From positions 487,255 through 551,254 of the forward strand of contig JBNZDD010013678.1 in NCBI GenBank assembly GCA_050575255.1: DNA of 64,000 bases, given 5' to 3'. Shown in pieces: positions 11,301 to 24,675 of this stretch. Position 1 is the first letter of the stretch; the number at the start of each line of letters is the position of its first letter. This DNA is from Harriotta raleighana. Taxonomy: Eukaryota. The position numbers were made by a program, and so were the translations under genes. The notes beneath the pieces were generated by a model. It saw only the letters and a list, made by a program, of their open reading frames with translations. It did not search any database and was not told the DNA's origin.

Positions 11301-12567
11301 CACAGCACAAGTGATGAGACAGATTTTATGGAGGGGGGATGGTGGAATTCACACCCTCGAACTACAAATTCTCAATTACAGCCATTTTACTCATAATTCG
11401 CAGCAGGGAAAAAAATATATGTCATGACAACCCGGGTGGCGTGAATAAGTGAACGCAGAATGTTCTGGCCAGAGGAAAAAGGAAACAGCGAGAAAACTGA
11501 TCACAGTAATTAAAAGGAGCAAGGAAGTGAGTAATGTATTGAAAGAAACAAACTCACCACTGGAGTCTAGTCCTTTTTTAATTTATTGCTTCTACAATAC
11601 TTGATAGTATTTGAAAACAATATAAAAGAGCATCACCCTCGAGGTTAATAATCCTGCATTGAAGTTGCATTTAAATCAGAGTAATATACCATCACAAATA
11701 CATGTAAGCTTAGTTACAATCTCCACACAGATATTAAGATAATGCCTTGGAATACAATATGTATATCTGAATAGTGTTATCAAGGAAAACACAGCAAGTT
11801 ACTTTGCACAATAAGCAACAAATAAGATGTATGGAATTGCATGGTCTATATGTCTCACAGGCTCAATCCCTGTATTTACACTCAAACTCACAATCCGGTA
11901 AACTTTTGTACAATATAGAATTACGTCCCTTCTTTCCCATTCAGACTTTATGCACTTATTCTGTATTTGCGATTTTAATTTGATTTGAGATCTGTTTCCT
12001 AAAAAATGGTTGCAAAATATTGCAATGTGCCTAAACAATCAATTATTTTTACAGTATTTGATTTATGAAAAGAATGAAATGCTAATTTTCATGTATTATA
12101 ATAATAATCATAATATTCCTTGCATTTGATATGGCTCCTCATCAGATTGTTGAGACATCTCAAAACACTTCATCATTATCATGTAAGAAATGCATATTTG
12201 CCAGCTAACCAGTGTTACACCAATCTACTTGGGTTGACTAAGTCTCTTACAGGAGCTGAAGGCAGAATGACTTCCAGCTCAATCGCAGTGTCTTCAGTAG
12301 GAATGAGAGTCACTTGCATTGCAGTTTATCTGGCTTCTCGTTTGTCAACCTGACAGCATTGTGGACACCACTTACTCTGCGTTGGGTAGGTTAGATCATC
12401 TTTACCTGCCAGTGAGCTTCAGATACTTGCTGCTTTGGCATTTAACAGTCAAGCCTAGAGTCGTTTAAAATGTGTATTGCTATTTACATTGTCAGCTGCT
12501 ACAGTATCAACCAGCCAAGGAATGATCATAACAGATGGAAAATTTTCATCATGTTGTTGGATATCGA

Positions 12568-12704
12568 TGTAACTGTTAATATATGTGCATAGGATACATT
12601 CTCCCAATATCACGTAAACCTGTGTTAATATGATGTCAACTGATCAGGAAGTCATTTGGGGAGTAAGAGTGCTTGGATTCTTAACTGAATTCCTATTCGT
12701 GGAG
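12568..12704 (+). repeat. Left unique-sequence arm of an inverted duplication (partner 14805-14941)
   Basis: 137 bp matching the reverse complement of 14805-14941 with 5 mismatches (manual alignment). Confidence 0.95.
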
Positions 12705-13100
12705 CTCCTATGGCTCAGTGGTTAGAGCACTCGCCTTACAAGTGTGAGACATGTGCTTGAATCCAGGCAGGTCAGGGCGAAACCTTGGGCAAATTTCCTT
12801 ACTCCCCCCCACACACACACACACACANCGAAACCTTGGGCAAATTTCCTTACTCCCCCCACACACACACACACACACACGCGCGCCTAATAATAATCCC
12901 TGCAAAAAAAACCACAATAATAAAATTGGTTATTTCAATCCACGACTGTTTATGGGGGGGACGCTGCTGTGCGCAATTGGCTGCCACATTTCGCTCACAC
13001 ATGTACAGTCAATTCACTTTACAGTATATTTTCCATGAAGCACTTTGAGATGTCTTGAAGACGTAAAAATTGCCATGTCAAATGCAAGAATATTATTAAT
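12699..13100 (+). mobile_element. tRNA-derived SINE, short variant, full length (artefactual duplication at N12828)
   Basis: Head, (CA)n, body and tail all present. Confidence 0.93.
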
Positions 13101-13600
13101 ATTATGACCAACTGTGCCATCAGTTGGCTCAACAGCGAAAGCAACCGGGGTTTTGATAAGGGCGGAAGGGTTAAGGCTTGAGATTTCCCCCATCCCATTT
13201 ATCATTGGGACATCCTCTGGAACAGAAATGATCCATGTTGTTGCAATAATGATCACATTACATATCACATTTTTCACCCCACACTGTGTAATAGATGTGG
13301 ATTTCTCACACAGAGTGTCAAAACCCATGAAACATAAATTTTTCCCTTCTTTTTTTCCCCCTGAAAGTGTTGATTCGGGGAGATGTATAGTGTTATATTG
13401 TATTGTATTGATGCCCCCCAGTGTTTGACCCCAGTAGTGATTCTTTATGAGTCAACCTCAGCCACTACGCCCCGAAACTCTGACAAACTCCTCCCCTCTA
13501 TCCCTTCTCCCTCCTTCCCCATCACCGTGTCGTACCTGAAGAGCTTTATTTTTGACCGTGTCTACAGTCATCCTTTCCATCACTCCCATTCCTTCCATCG

Positions 13601-13933
13601 CCTGTAGCTCGGTGGTTAGAGCACTCGCCTGACAAGCGTAAGACCCATGTTCGAATCCAGGCAGATCAGGGCGAAACCTTGGGCAAGTTCCCTTACTTCA
13701 CACACACACGCGCGCGCGCCTAATAATAATCTGTCAAAAAAAAAAGCACAATAATAAAAATTGCTAATTTTCAATCGGCGACTGTTTGTTGGGTCGCTGC
13801 TGTGCGCAATTGGCTGCCATATTTCGCCCACAAATTTACGGTCAATTCACTTTACAATATATCCTGTGAGGCCCTTTGAGACGTCAATAAGATGTGAAAA
13901 GCGCTCTTTCAAATGCAAGGAATATTATTATTA
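13601..13933 (+). mobile_element. tRNA-derived SINE, short variant, inserted in an L2 3' fragment (~13470-14015)
   Basis: Intact A and B boxes (TAGCTCGGTGG, GTTCGAATCC). The upstream flank translates LKSFIFDRVY (L2) and the L2 tail resumes at ~13938. Confidence 0.92.
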
Positions 13934-14478
13934 TCTCAGTGTTGTGCTCTGCCTCTGTCAAGTGCTTTGGAACGCTTACGCCTAAGTGATGGGCGCTATA
14001 TAAATGCAAGTTGTTAAGTATATTGAAGCCAAAAAAGCAGCAGTATTCTCTTGCTATTCTCTTTCCCTCGCAGTGTTAAGTCTCATACAAGCCAGCAACG
14101 CAGGTTGCTACTGCATTGTTACATCTTATAGTTGTCAGTCATTAATCATCTCGATTACGTGTTACTCAATGAAACAGCGATGAACCCTACTTATCCTCGC
14201 CGCTAACTGAATATATTTACACTATGCAGATTTAACACTCGAAAATATGCCAGGTATAGGATTAGAGAACATTTTGATTAAATATTTTGGTTGGCAACTC
14301 TAGCTAATAGTGAAGGAGCCAACATCACATTTTCATATCCTGCTAAATCTGTTTCAGAATAGCACAAAAGCCAATTCCCCCCACCCCCCCCCACCCCCAA
14401 TACAACTCCACTACATATAGTTCAGCTTTGTTCCTATCAGTTCAGTCAAACTCCAAGTGCAATGTATATTTATAATAC

Positions 14479-14808
14479 TAATAATAATCCTTGCATGTGA
14501 TATAGCGCTTTTCGCATCTTATCACATCTTCTAGACGTCTCAAATGCTTCACAGGATATACTGTAAAATGAGNTGACTGTATATTTGTGGGCAAAATGTG
14601 GCAGTCAATTGCGCACAGCAGCGTCTCCCACAAACAGTCAATGATTGAAATGACCAATTTTATTATTGTGGTTTTCTTTGGATGGATTATTATTAGGGCG
14701 CACGTGTGTGTGCAGTAAGGAAACTTGCCCAAGGTTTCGCCCTGACTGACTGGATTCGAACACAGGTCTCACGCTTGTAAGGCGAGTGCTCTAACCACTG
14801 AGGACTCC
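14479..14808 (-). mobile_element. tRNA-derived SINE, short variant, near full length
   Basis: Reverse complement of head (GGATTCGAAC B-box), body and tail. Confidence 0.93.
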
Positions 14809-14941
14809 ATGAATAGGAATTCAGTTAAGATTCCAAGCACTCTTACTCCCCAAATGTCCTCCTTATCAGTTGACATCATATTAACACAGGTTTACGTGAT
14901 ATTGGGAGAATGTATCCTATGCACATATATTAACAGTTACA
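14805..14941 (-). repeat. Right unique-sequence arm of the inverted duplication (partner 12568-12704)
   Basis: See the partner arm. Confidence 0.95.
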
Positions 14942-15053
14942 CATTTCCACAGCTCCTTACACGTCTGGAGGATGTGCTAAAGCTCAGTTTGGGCCTGAGC
15001 TGGGGGTTGGGATCAGGAGGGGATGGAGGACAGGGAGGGTAGTGGATAGGAGN

Positions 15054-15150
<97 letters not shown>

Positions 15151-15769
15151 TGCTGTGGGATGGTGTTCTGAAGACCTTTCCTGGATAGAAAAATGGTCGC
15201 TTGGGCACTCCATTAGAGAGCTGTGAATGCCTGCAGAGATAGACTGCAGCACATTTAGGGAAAAAGAATAGCAAGTGAGATAGGCTAAATAAAGATGCAG
15301 ACCAGAGGAAGGATGTTGGGGGTCATCAAAGGGTTTTATGGACATTCTTCCTGAAGATTAATTCCATTACTGTACAGTTAATATTTTATTTCTGGCACAA
15401 TGTATTATTCACACCTAAAATAATATTTTTTTTCAATTTGCTTTATTAACATGAAAGGATCTTGCTTGTCTTAAGAAGGGATGGTGGACACCGGGTTTAT
15501 AATCCATTTAGAGGGAATGAAGAAAGACTTCCATGGGGCAGTTTCAGCTTGAATTATAGCATGAATTCATGGATGTGGGACAAAATTTCAGGTGTGACTG
15601 AATAGCAAGACAAAACGCTTGACATACTGTTAAAATCATAGCTCAGGCATTACACAATTAAATGGTCTATGATGTGTTTTAATTCTGTAAACTACAATTA
15701 AAAAAAAGTAGTTTCATGTTTTTATTTGGATGTCAAAGTCTAATTTATGAGACTTGTAAAAAGATATAA

Positions 15770-16825
15770 AAAGATTTGATAAAGCGTCTTGTCACGTCGT
15801 TGTCTCAAAGCACTTCACAGAATATACGGTAAAGTGAATTGACTGTATATTTGTGGTGCGAAATGTGGCAGCCAATTGCGCACAGCAGCGTCCCACAAAC
15901 AGTCGTGGAATGAGTGACCAAATTACTTGTATTATTATTTTTTAATTAATTATTTTTAAGGGATTAATACCACTGGAAAAGAGATCTGCGAATCGACTAA
16001 CAACCGGGTTCCTACATATGTGGAATCCTATAGCTCAGTGGTTAGAGCGCTCGCCTTACAAGCGAAAGACCTGTGTTCGAATCCAGGCAGATCAGGGCAA
16101 AATCTTGGGCAAGTTTCCTTTTTAATAATAATAATCCTTGCATTTGATATANTAATAATAATAATCCTTGCATTTGATATAGTGCTTTTCACATCTTATC
16201 GATGTCCCGATAAGCGCTTCACAGAATATACTGTAAATTGAATTGACGTATATTTGTGGGTGGAATTTGACAGCCAATTGCGCACAGCAACGTCCCACAA
16301 ACAGTCATGGATTAAAATGACCAATTTTATTATTGTGGTTTTTTTGGAGGGATTATTATTAGGCATGTGGAGTAAGGAAACTTGCCCAAGGTTTTGCCCT
16401 GATCTGCCTGGATTCGAACACAGTTCTCACGCTTGTAAGGCGAGTGCTCTAACCACTGAGCCACCTTACTCCACACACCTAATAATAACCCTTCAAAAAA
16501 AAAACACAATTATAAAATTGGTCATTTTCTACCCACGACTGTTTGTGGGGACGTTACTGTGCGCAATTGTCTGCCGCCAAATTTCACCCACAAATTTACA
16601 GTCAATTTACTTTACAGTATATTCTGCGAAGCGCTTTGAGATGTTGATAAGATGTGAAAAGCCCTATATCAAAATGCAAGGATTGATTATTATTATTATA
16701 TATTGCTTGGTAAACAGATGCATGTGGAGTAAGGAAACTTGCCTAATGTTTTGCCCTGCCTGGGAATCAAACCCAGGTCCTCTAGCTTGCAAGGCGAGGG
16801 CTATAACGAACACTGTAGGATGAGC
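15770..16825 (-). mobile_element. Triple-nested SINE cluster: long variant (-) interrupted by a short variant (+, 16019-16700), itself interrupted by a short variant (-, ~16123-16462)
   Basis: The outer element breaks at CCGGGTTCCTAC (16015) and resumes at TGCTTGGTAAACAG (~16703). The middle element breaks at CAAGTTTCCTT (16120) and resumes at CCTTACTCCACAC (~16464). Confidence 0.85.
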
Positions 16826-17289
16826 TATGATGCCCAACCGGCTATCAAGCCCAAGCTTTAATCAATTATTTACATTTATGTTGATTGAAAATGTTAATTA
16901 TTTCATATATTATTAATTGACTGATCTACACATCTTTAAAATTATGTTAATTTAGCTCCAGACCAGAGACACTGTTTCAAAGTTCAAAGCTCTGCTTCGC
17001 TGGGTCTGGGTGTCTATGTTTTAGTGCGTCTAAGAAATGTTCTTTCTCTCTCTCTCCCACACTCACACACGCGTACACACACACGTACGCTCGCACGCAT
17101 GCACGCAGTACTTATTGGTAGATGGTAAGTATATTGGTAAGCATTGTCTGAGAAATGTATCACTTTTCCACTAGATTATACAGCACACTGTGTACAATAA
17201 TGCACTTTTAGTGGCTCGCTCTACCTATGTTATAATTGGGATTAATTTATTATTGCTGCCATTCTACATGCTGTCATTGTGAAGCAGAA

Positions 17290-17470
17290 TAATAATGATA
17301 ATAATAATCCTCGCATTTGATATAGTGCTTTTCACATTTTATCGAACGCTCAAAGCGCTTCACAGAATATACTATCAAGTGAATTGACTGTATATGTATT
17401 TGTGGGGGCGAAATGTGGCAGCCAATTGCGCACAGCACTCACCCACAAACAAGCCGTGGATTGAAATGAA
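17290..17470 (-). mobile_element. tRNA-derived SINE, 3' half
   Basis: Reverse-complement tail and body. Confidence 0.9.
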
Positions 17471-17537
17471 CAAGGGTTTATTATATAATAACATAAGAAT
17501 ATTTGGATCTTGAGCTTCACGATCACTTCTAGATTGT

Positions 17538-17692
17538 TGGAGTGCTGTAGATTATTGGCTAGAGCACTCACCTCGTAAGCGAGGAGACCTGGGCTTTGAT
17601 TCCCGGGCAGAGCAAAAACTATAGGCAAGTTTCCTTACTCCACCTGCCTCTATTTACCTAGGAGCAGGTAGGGCCCCCCGGTTGTTAAATTG
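17538..17692 (+). mobile_element. tRNA-derived SINE, long variant, 5' half
   Basis: Diverged tRNA head, then GGCAAGTTTCCTTACTCCACCTGCCTCTATTTACCTAG...GTAGG...CCGGTTGTT, the central segment missing from short copies. Confidence 0.8.
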
Positions 17693-18109
17693 AGACAGGA
17701 GCGAATATACAAGTGGCTTGAACTGTGCCTCCACATTTAGCGTCAATCCAAAAACTTCAAGTAGGATTGGGGGTGAAGTGAAATGATTCCCAGTCAATAA
17801 CACCACCCGGAACTTTGTCCTTTGTGCAGGGAAACACAATCACAGTTAGCCATTCTTTGCTGAGTTAGGCCGAGCGCAATGCCATCGTGCCATAGATCAA
17901 TCTGTAACATTCTTCTCAGCACCCTGGTGTACTTCTGTAAATCATTCCTTGCTGCAGCGTCCACCATTGAGGAAATATCTTTTTCAAAGGTGCCATCAAG
18001 GAGAAGGACTTGTCATTTTTGTACAGTACCTCATCACGTCAATAACAGATCACGGCTAATTACTCTCATCCATAAAGTGCAGTGACTGTTCCATAATACA
18101 GTAATAAGA

Positions 18110-18355
18110 TTAGGAATCCTTGCATTTGATACATCGCCTTATCATGTCTTCGATACGTCTTGAAGCGCTTCACAGAATATACTGTGAAGTGAATTGATTG
18201 TACAATAATAATAATCCTTGCATTTGATATAGTGCTTTTCACATCTTATCGACATCTCAAAGCGCTTCACAGAATATACTGTAAAGTGAATTGTCTGTCT
18301 ATTTTGTGAGCGAAATGCGGCAGCCAATTGCGCACAGCAGCGTCCCCACAAACCA
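18110..18355 (-). mobile_element. Two tandem SINE 3' fragments, followed by an L2 fragment (~18400-18490, minus)
   Basis: Two AATCCTTGCATTTGATA...AGTGAATTG units. The adjacent minus-strand translation is SLASFKAPLKTFLFDRTF. Confidence 0.85.
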
Positions 18356-20906
18356 CCAACAGCCAGGAAGTAAATACTTAATTAATATGGTGGATAGTTG
18401 GCTTGGGAGGGTCGGGTTAGGAGGGAGATCGAAGGTGCGGTCGAAGAGGAAGGTCTTGAGAGGTGCCTTGAAGGAGGCAAGGGAGGGAGTATCTGAGCCA
18501 AAGAGAAAGCAACATGATAAAACTTTCTGTGGTATAATTAGCCTCACATTGTTATGCCTTATGGGAAAACGAAGACTGCTCTCTTACTCAAGTGTCCTAT
18601 CTACCACTGAAGATGTAATAACAGTCCATTTTATTTAAGATTCTAAACTACACTTTAGGGAACGGAGGGCTACATTTCAAAGGATGCATAAATTATTTGC
18701 ATTCCGTTTTTACTAATGAAGGAATCTCAGACACACTCCTGGTATTTCAAGGCCAACATTTTTTAAGGTTCTTTGTTCTTTAAATAATACGCCAGGCACA
18801 GTAGCTGCTTTTCAAGACCGTTTGTGACAAAGGTTTTCGTGTCGCTGTTCACAAAGGAATTAACAATGCTCATTGAGGACGGTTTGGTTGGGAAGCTCAT
18901 TGTGATTTTAAAATTACACCCAAGTGACAAAACTAGTTAATTCAAGGGAATTTTACTATCGCAATTAGAATTTTCCTGCTCGGGTTTATTATAATGGATT
19001 TTAATTGGAGACCCCTCATCAGGCTGTAGTTAGTTGCGCTCAGTTTAAAATGAAAGTCAGCAAATTTATTTAATTTTATTTAGGTGAGAGTTTCATTTAA
19101 AATGTTTTGTCTCTGACATTTTGGGTCACATAATGTCAGCACTTGGTCTATTACACCTGTGATGATGCTAAACTGTTGTAATCAGAGTGAACTCTCCTCA
19201 CACAAATTCACCTGCTGTGAGTTAGTGATGGTGAGGTATACACAGGACATCATCTTATCTCTGCTGCTGTCTCAATATCTACTTAACAAACTCACTTAAG
19301 TTTTAGGGGGTCGGTCTGAAATGGTAACCTGCTTTCGCTCACTTTTGCTGGTTTCACAAATCAAGCTGAACAACACAAAATAAATTGGGCTCTTGCCAGC
19401 TCGATCTGCTTTGTGAAAATTGTTGTTTTGTTGGTAGAAAATGTTTGAGATGCAAAAAACTNTCGATCTGCTTTGTGAAAATTGTTGTTTTGTTGGTAGA
19501 AAATGTTTGAGAGGGCACGAGAGTATGAAATGCAAAAAACCNGATCTGCTTTGTGAAAATTGTTGTTTTGTTGGTAGAAAATGTTTGAGATGCAAAAAAC
19601 TTGTTTGGAATTCAGACTAATTTATGGTTAATTGATGGGTAATTTGCAATAGCAACAATAACAGTGACTGTATATTTAACTGAAAAATTATAATAATCTT
19701 TATTAATACCATAAAGGTATTTTCTGAGAATGTTTAGTTGATTTTTAAAACATGTAAATGTATATCTTCAATAATTTTGCAACAGTGTGCAATATTGCAG
19801 TTAAAGCTGCAGTATTTTAAAATTTCTATTATTCAAAGCACGTTTGAAGATGAGGATAAGAATAATCCTTACATTTTATATAGCGCTTTATCACACCGCT
19901 TAGACGTCTCCAAGGAACACTTCACAAAGTGTATTGCAAAGTACGAGTGACTGTGTTTTGTGGGTGAAGATATCACAAATGCTAACTTTAAAGCCTTTTT
20001 TTTAGCAGAACTGACGATTTCTCAATTATGTGTTACTTGGGCATACGTTCACTAATTACAGCGAATATCACAAACTATAAATGCAATTATGTAGAATTAA
20101 TACTTTATCAGGTTAGGAGTTTAAAAATATATAGTTAAAGTGTTCGCTTTCCTCCCTGATCATCAACCTATGTTCACAATGTTCCAAACTAGAGATTTCT
20201 TCATTGAGGCCAATACATGCTTTGCGTCTGCATTATGATTTTTAGAGTACACTGGTCCTTTGACTGGGGGAAAATATTCAAAATATATTTCATTTTAATT
20301 TACAACACATTTTATTATTATGCTTTAAGTACCTTGAGTAGTAGATCCATTTATTCTGTTAACTTTAAAATATCAGATGAACTTGCGTTTCATTTTATAA
20401 TAATGTCACTGACAAGGAGAATGCTGTATATTAATAACTAGAAATTCCACCAGTTTTTTTTTAAATGTTGAAACACATTGCTTTTTTCCCCCCATACAAC
20501 ACCATTATAATGAAGCTGATTAAACAGTCCATTACATGATGGCCATATTGTTACTGACAACTATGATTATAATGGCTTCAAGCAATATTAATCCGACAAT
20601 AAGAACCCAGTCAGCAACCCAGTTACCTCTGAGCAACTTGTTCAGTGATAAGACTTTGATGATTGTTGATAAACTCTTAAATTTTATACAATCAATTTCC
20701 ACCAGAAAAGATTGATCGGGATGCAATCCTTATTTCCTTATTGATGATTTAAAAAAGTGACGTGAATGATTTTTGGAATTATTCAGACTAAGATGCATTA
20801 ACTGTGTTTCTATAATGGAACAAACAGTGATCAGCCCACATAATATACAGTCAATTCCCTTTATGGTATAATCCTTGCATTTGATATTGCGCTTTTCACA
20901 TCTTCT

Positions 20907-21253
20907 GTGACCCCCAACCCCCTACCAACCTACTGCCCTCTCCGCTGCACAGACTCTGGTCTACTCCATGTCCCCTGAATCACCATTGGCGGGTGAGCCT
21001 ACAGCCACTCTGCTCCCAACCTCTGGAATTCCATCCTGCAGTCCCTCCACCTCGCCCCCTCCCTAGCCTGCTTCAAGTCCCGCCTCAAGACATTCCTCTT
21101 CGACGGTCCCATCGGTCACCCCCAAATCTCCTCCGTTCCCTCCACCCTCCCCATCCCCGACCCCAGTTCGGATCTGAAACATTGAAGTCCAATGCCTTGC
21201 GACATCTTCCCGGCATGAAAGATGCTATACAAGTGTAATTTTGTTGTTGTTCT
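20907..21253 (+). mobile_element. L2 LINE 3' fragment (ORF2 C-terminus + tail) nested in SINE pieces
   Basis: Encodes degraded AYSHSAPNLWNSIL...SLACFKSRLKTFLFD, ends in (TTG)n, and is flanked by TCTTCT at 20901-20906 and 21254-21259 (candidate TSD). Confidence 0.85.
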
Positions 21254-21818
21254 TCTTCTAGACATATTCTGTGAAGCACTTTGAGACCTCTCAAAGACAC
21301 AATAAGGCGTTATATCAAATGCAAGGATTATTATTGTAGCTCACAGTGATTCTGACCAAACATTCTGAACACATTACAGTTCTGATTAAAGTGATTTTTG
21401 CATAACTTTTAACAGTCATTCACTTTAGCAAACTTGCTCTGAATAGTCTCCAAACAAATATCACGTTATACCAATACATCACACGCAACAACAACAAAAT
21501 TACATTTGTATGGTGACTATCACGTCGGGAGGACGTCCCAAGGTGCTGAAAAGTGAGGTTATTATATAGGAGTACTCAGATCTGACAATATTTGTAAGTA
21601 ATGTTGTTTGAATGTAATGCCATTGAGGAATTTGCTGTTGTCAAGTTATAACTCTGTCGGTTTGACAAAGGGGTAAGGTTGCCACCCTCTGGCCTTTACC
21701 AGATACTCTAATTTACAGTGGCCTGTTCGAGGATATTTACAAATTGGTCACATAAAGCCACCTGTTGTACCTTTTGTTGTGGAATCATTGATGATTCAGA
21801 TTATTTGTTAAACTAATT

Positions 21819-22135
21819 GAAGTCCTGGAGCTCAGTGGTTAGAGCACTTGCCTTACCATCGTGAGACCTGTGTTTGAATCCAGGCGGGTCAAGGCGAAAC
21901 CCTGGACAAGCTTCCTTACTCCACACACACGCCTAATAATAATTTGTCCAAAAAACCCCACAATAATAAAATTGGTCATTTGAATCCATGACTGTTTGTG
22001 GGACGCTGCTGTGTGCAATTGGCTGCCGTGTTTTGCCCACAAATATACAGTCAATTCACTTTACAGTATATTCTGTGAAATGCTTTGAGACATCTAGAAG
22101 ATGTGAAAAGCGCTATATCAAAACGCAATATTTAT
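21819..22135 (+). mobile_element. tRNA-derived SINE, short variant, full length
   Basis: Head, body and tail present. Confidence 0.93.
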
Positions 22136-22285
22136 TCTTATTAACAACTATGGCTGCTTTCTTCTTAATGACCTTCAATAGCATACCCCTGTTTTGTTGA
22201 CAAAATAAATTACTCAAGTGTATGGTTCGCATGTGCGTCTTTCAGTCTTTCCATTCGGGGTTGGTTTGTGAAGAAGAACACACAA

Positions 22286-22475
22286 AGGGTTGTGGAAACT
22301 GAAAACTCTCTCCTCCAAAAGGCTGTGGATTATGGCTGGATCCAGACTGAGGTCAGAGCGACGAGCGATATGGGGCAAAGGAAGGCAATTGGAGTTGAGG
22401 TATGGATCAGCCATGATCTTATACAATAACAGGACAGGCTCCGACTTGAATGGCCTACTCCTGTTCCTATGGTTT
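22286..22475 (+). mobile_element. CR1 LINE 3' end, diverged
   Basis: CCAAAAGGCTGTGGA...GGAGTTGAGGTATGGATCAGCCATGATCTT...TGAATGGCCTACTCCTGTTCCTATG, similar to 10965-11300. Confidence 0.8.
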
Positions 22476-24362
22476 AAGTACCCATTTTCACTCCTGAACC
22501 AAGCCTTGAATACTGTATGTGGCGATCCGGATTTACACTGGAGCTAATTGTGAGTTTTTCGTGGTGACAGATTGGGGTAAAACCGTTTTATTATATTTGC
22601 TTCCTGTGCATGAATTATTCAACGTATTGCTTTTCTTCCTGTGAATTCACACATCTAGAATCTCGAGAGAGTAAGCCCACTGATAGTGAAACCCAGTGTA
22701 CACACTCAGAACAGTTCAAAACGCCCGATTCATTTCGAAGCTGTATCCCTCTCCTTTCGTGTGACCGCTTTCACATCAGTGGCAACATCTCAAAGCTTTT
22801 TTTTCCCACAGGGGTTTTTCTCGGCTGTGTAGTGACTGCGTTTTGTAGGCAAACGTTTGCAACAGAGCAGAATGGAAACAGCTTGGCGGGGTAATCATTA
22901 AAGGTGAAACAAATCCATTCATATTTTATTGATCAGGTATGTGAGAGGCTGAGCTGGGTAAGGAGAGTTGAGGACTCAGTAAGACTGTTGATCAGTCACA
23001 AAATTGATGAAGGATATAGACTGGGTATGAAGATGACAGCATACACGAGTTATCCAACATTGAGCTGGGATATTGGCAGTGTTGATAGGGACTATTTAAC
23101 TGAAGCAGGATTAAGGCTGGGTAGGTTCTGAACTGGGCATCTGAGCAGGATTAATGTCTGGGTTTTTGAATAGCAAGTAAGGTGGGTCCTGGCACTGTGG
23201 TTTGGGAAACTGTGGATTTAATGATGATAATTGTGCTCATTAATTATTGAACACTGCACCCTTGGGGGTCTCACATTAGGGCCATTAAGAAATAGTCTCA
23301 GCAGAGATGTTACTCCATGTACGTAGTGTGAATTTTAAGACTTATTTTGGTTTGCAGGATAAAACCGAAATGCTTTGTCCTTGCGTACCTCGCATATTGT
23401 TAGCCTTGTGCAGTAGTACTTAAGGCACTTTCTTCAAACTAATATGGCTTTAGCGATTAAATCCTGACAAGTTGACAGTCGGACTCACTGCGAAAAATCT
23501 GTAATGAGTTTGCTGGTTCTCAGTCTGGATTCAGGATGCAGTGTCTGACTGTAAGGAAATTCTCACACTCTGTCCCATTAAAATGCACCTCCTGTCAGGC
23601 TTTCCTCGGAATGCATTAGCATGGAACTCTGTGGAGCCAGGCTTTGCAGACCTCCTCTGCCTCTGCCATGCTGTTGGCTGAAAGCGATGGAACACAGGTG
23701 AACATCAGAAACAAAGCCAGTTAAGAAGAAAGTCTAATTAGCGATCGGATGCAGGACTGCATCGTTCTGTGATACCCACCTTATTTATTTTTTAACCTGT
23801 TGTCTTGAAGGTGATGGATTTTGCCTTTGGCTTGCTTCTTATCAGAGATTTACAAAATAAATTGACAATAACAATTCTGGTTGGATTTACGTTTTGGACT
23901 GAAACGTTCTTTGACTCTGAAGTTTGCGAGTTATTTATTAAAATAATTTACCGCATGTTTCCTGTTGGAAGCTAGTATTGGGGAATTGTCCGCTCGACAA
24001 TGGAACGTGTTACTGTTTAATTTAATGCTGATTGAGAATAATGTTGTGATCAATACATTTTCATGAATATTCTGTTCACTATTTTCAGAGAAACTCCAGT
24101 ACAAAAACTTATTGACTCATTAAAATGTGTCTCATCTGTGTATCCAAATGAGATTGCCCTGGCTTTGAGAGTAATTTTGTGACTATTCCAATGAGGGGCC
24201 AAGCTTAGATTTTTTTCAATATTATTTTGCATAAGAAATGTTCATGCCACTGGTCCAACCTGGAGAGTGTGCTATTAATATATGGTAAGGCCTAAAATTT
24301 GACTCCATTCTCTCTAATTAGGACTAAGTTTCATCTATACATCACTGGTAACAACAGATATA

Positions 24363-24675
24363 TCTTATAGCTCAGTGGTTAGAGCACTCGCCTGTGTTTC
24401 AAATCCAGTCAGGTCAGGGCCAAACCTTGGGCAAGTTTATCTTACTCCACCCACACACGCCTAATAATAATCCATCAAAAATAAAGCAATAATAAATTAT
24501 TCATTTCAATCCACGATTGTTTGTGGGACACTGCTATGCACAATTGGCTGCCACGTTTCGCCCATAAATATACAGTCAATTCACTTGACAATATTGAATT
24601 CAAGGCTGTGAAGCGCCTTGAAATGTCAATAAGATGTGAAAAGCTCTACATCAAATGCAAGGATTATTATTATTA
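24363..24675 (+). mobile_element. tRNA-derived SINE, short variant with a deletion in the anticodon region
   Basis: A-box, body and tail present. Confidence 0.9.

Noticed and set aside
17690-18085. Possible Harbinger transposase fragment (GVID-like motif on the minus strand)
   Set aside because: The downstream catalytic motifs are not recoverable; similarity is at chance level.
19400-19600. Three ~60-bp direct repeats resembling a CRISPR-like array
   Set aside because: The copies are separated by single Ns, indicating an assembly overlap artefact, and the context is eukaryotic.
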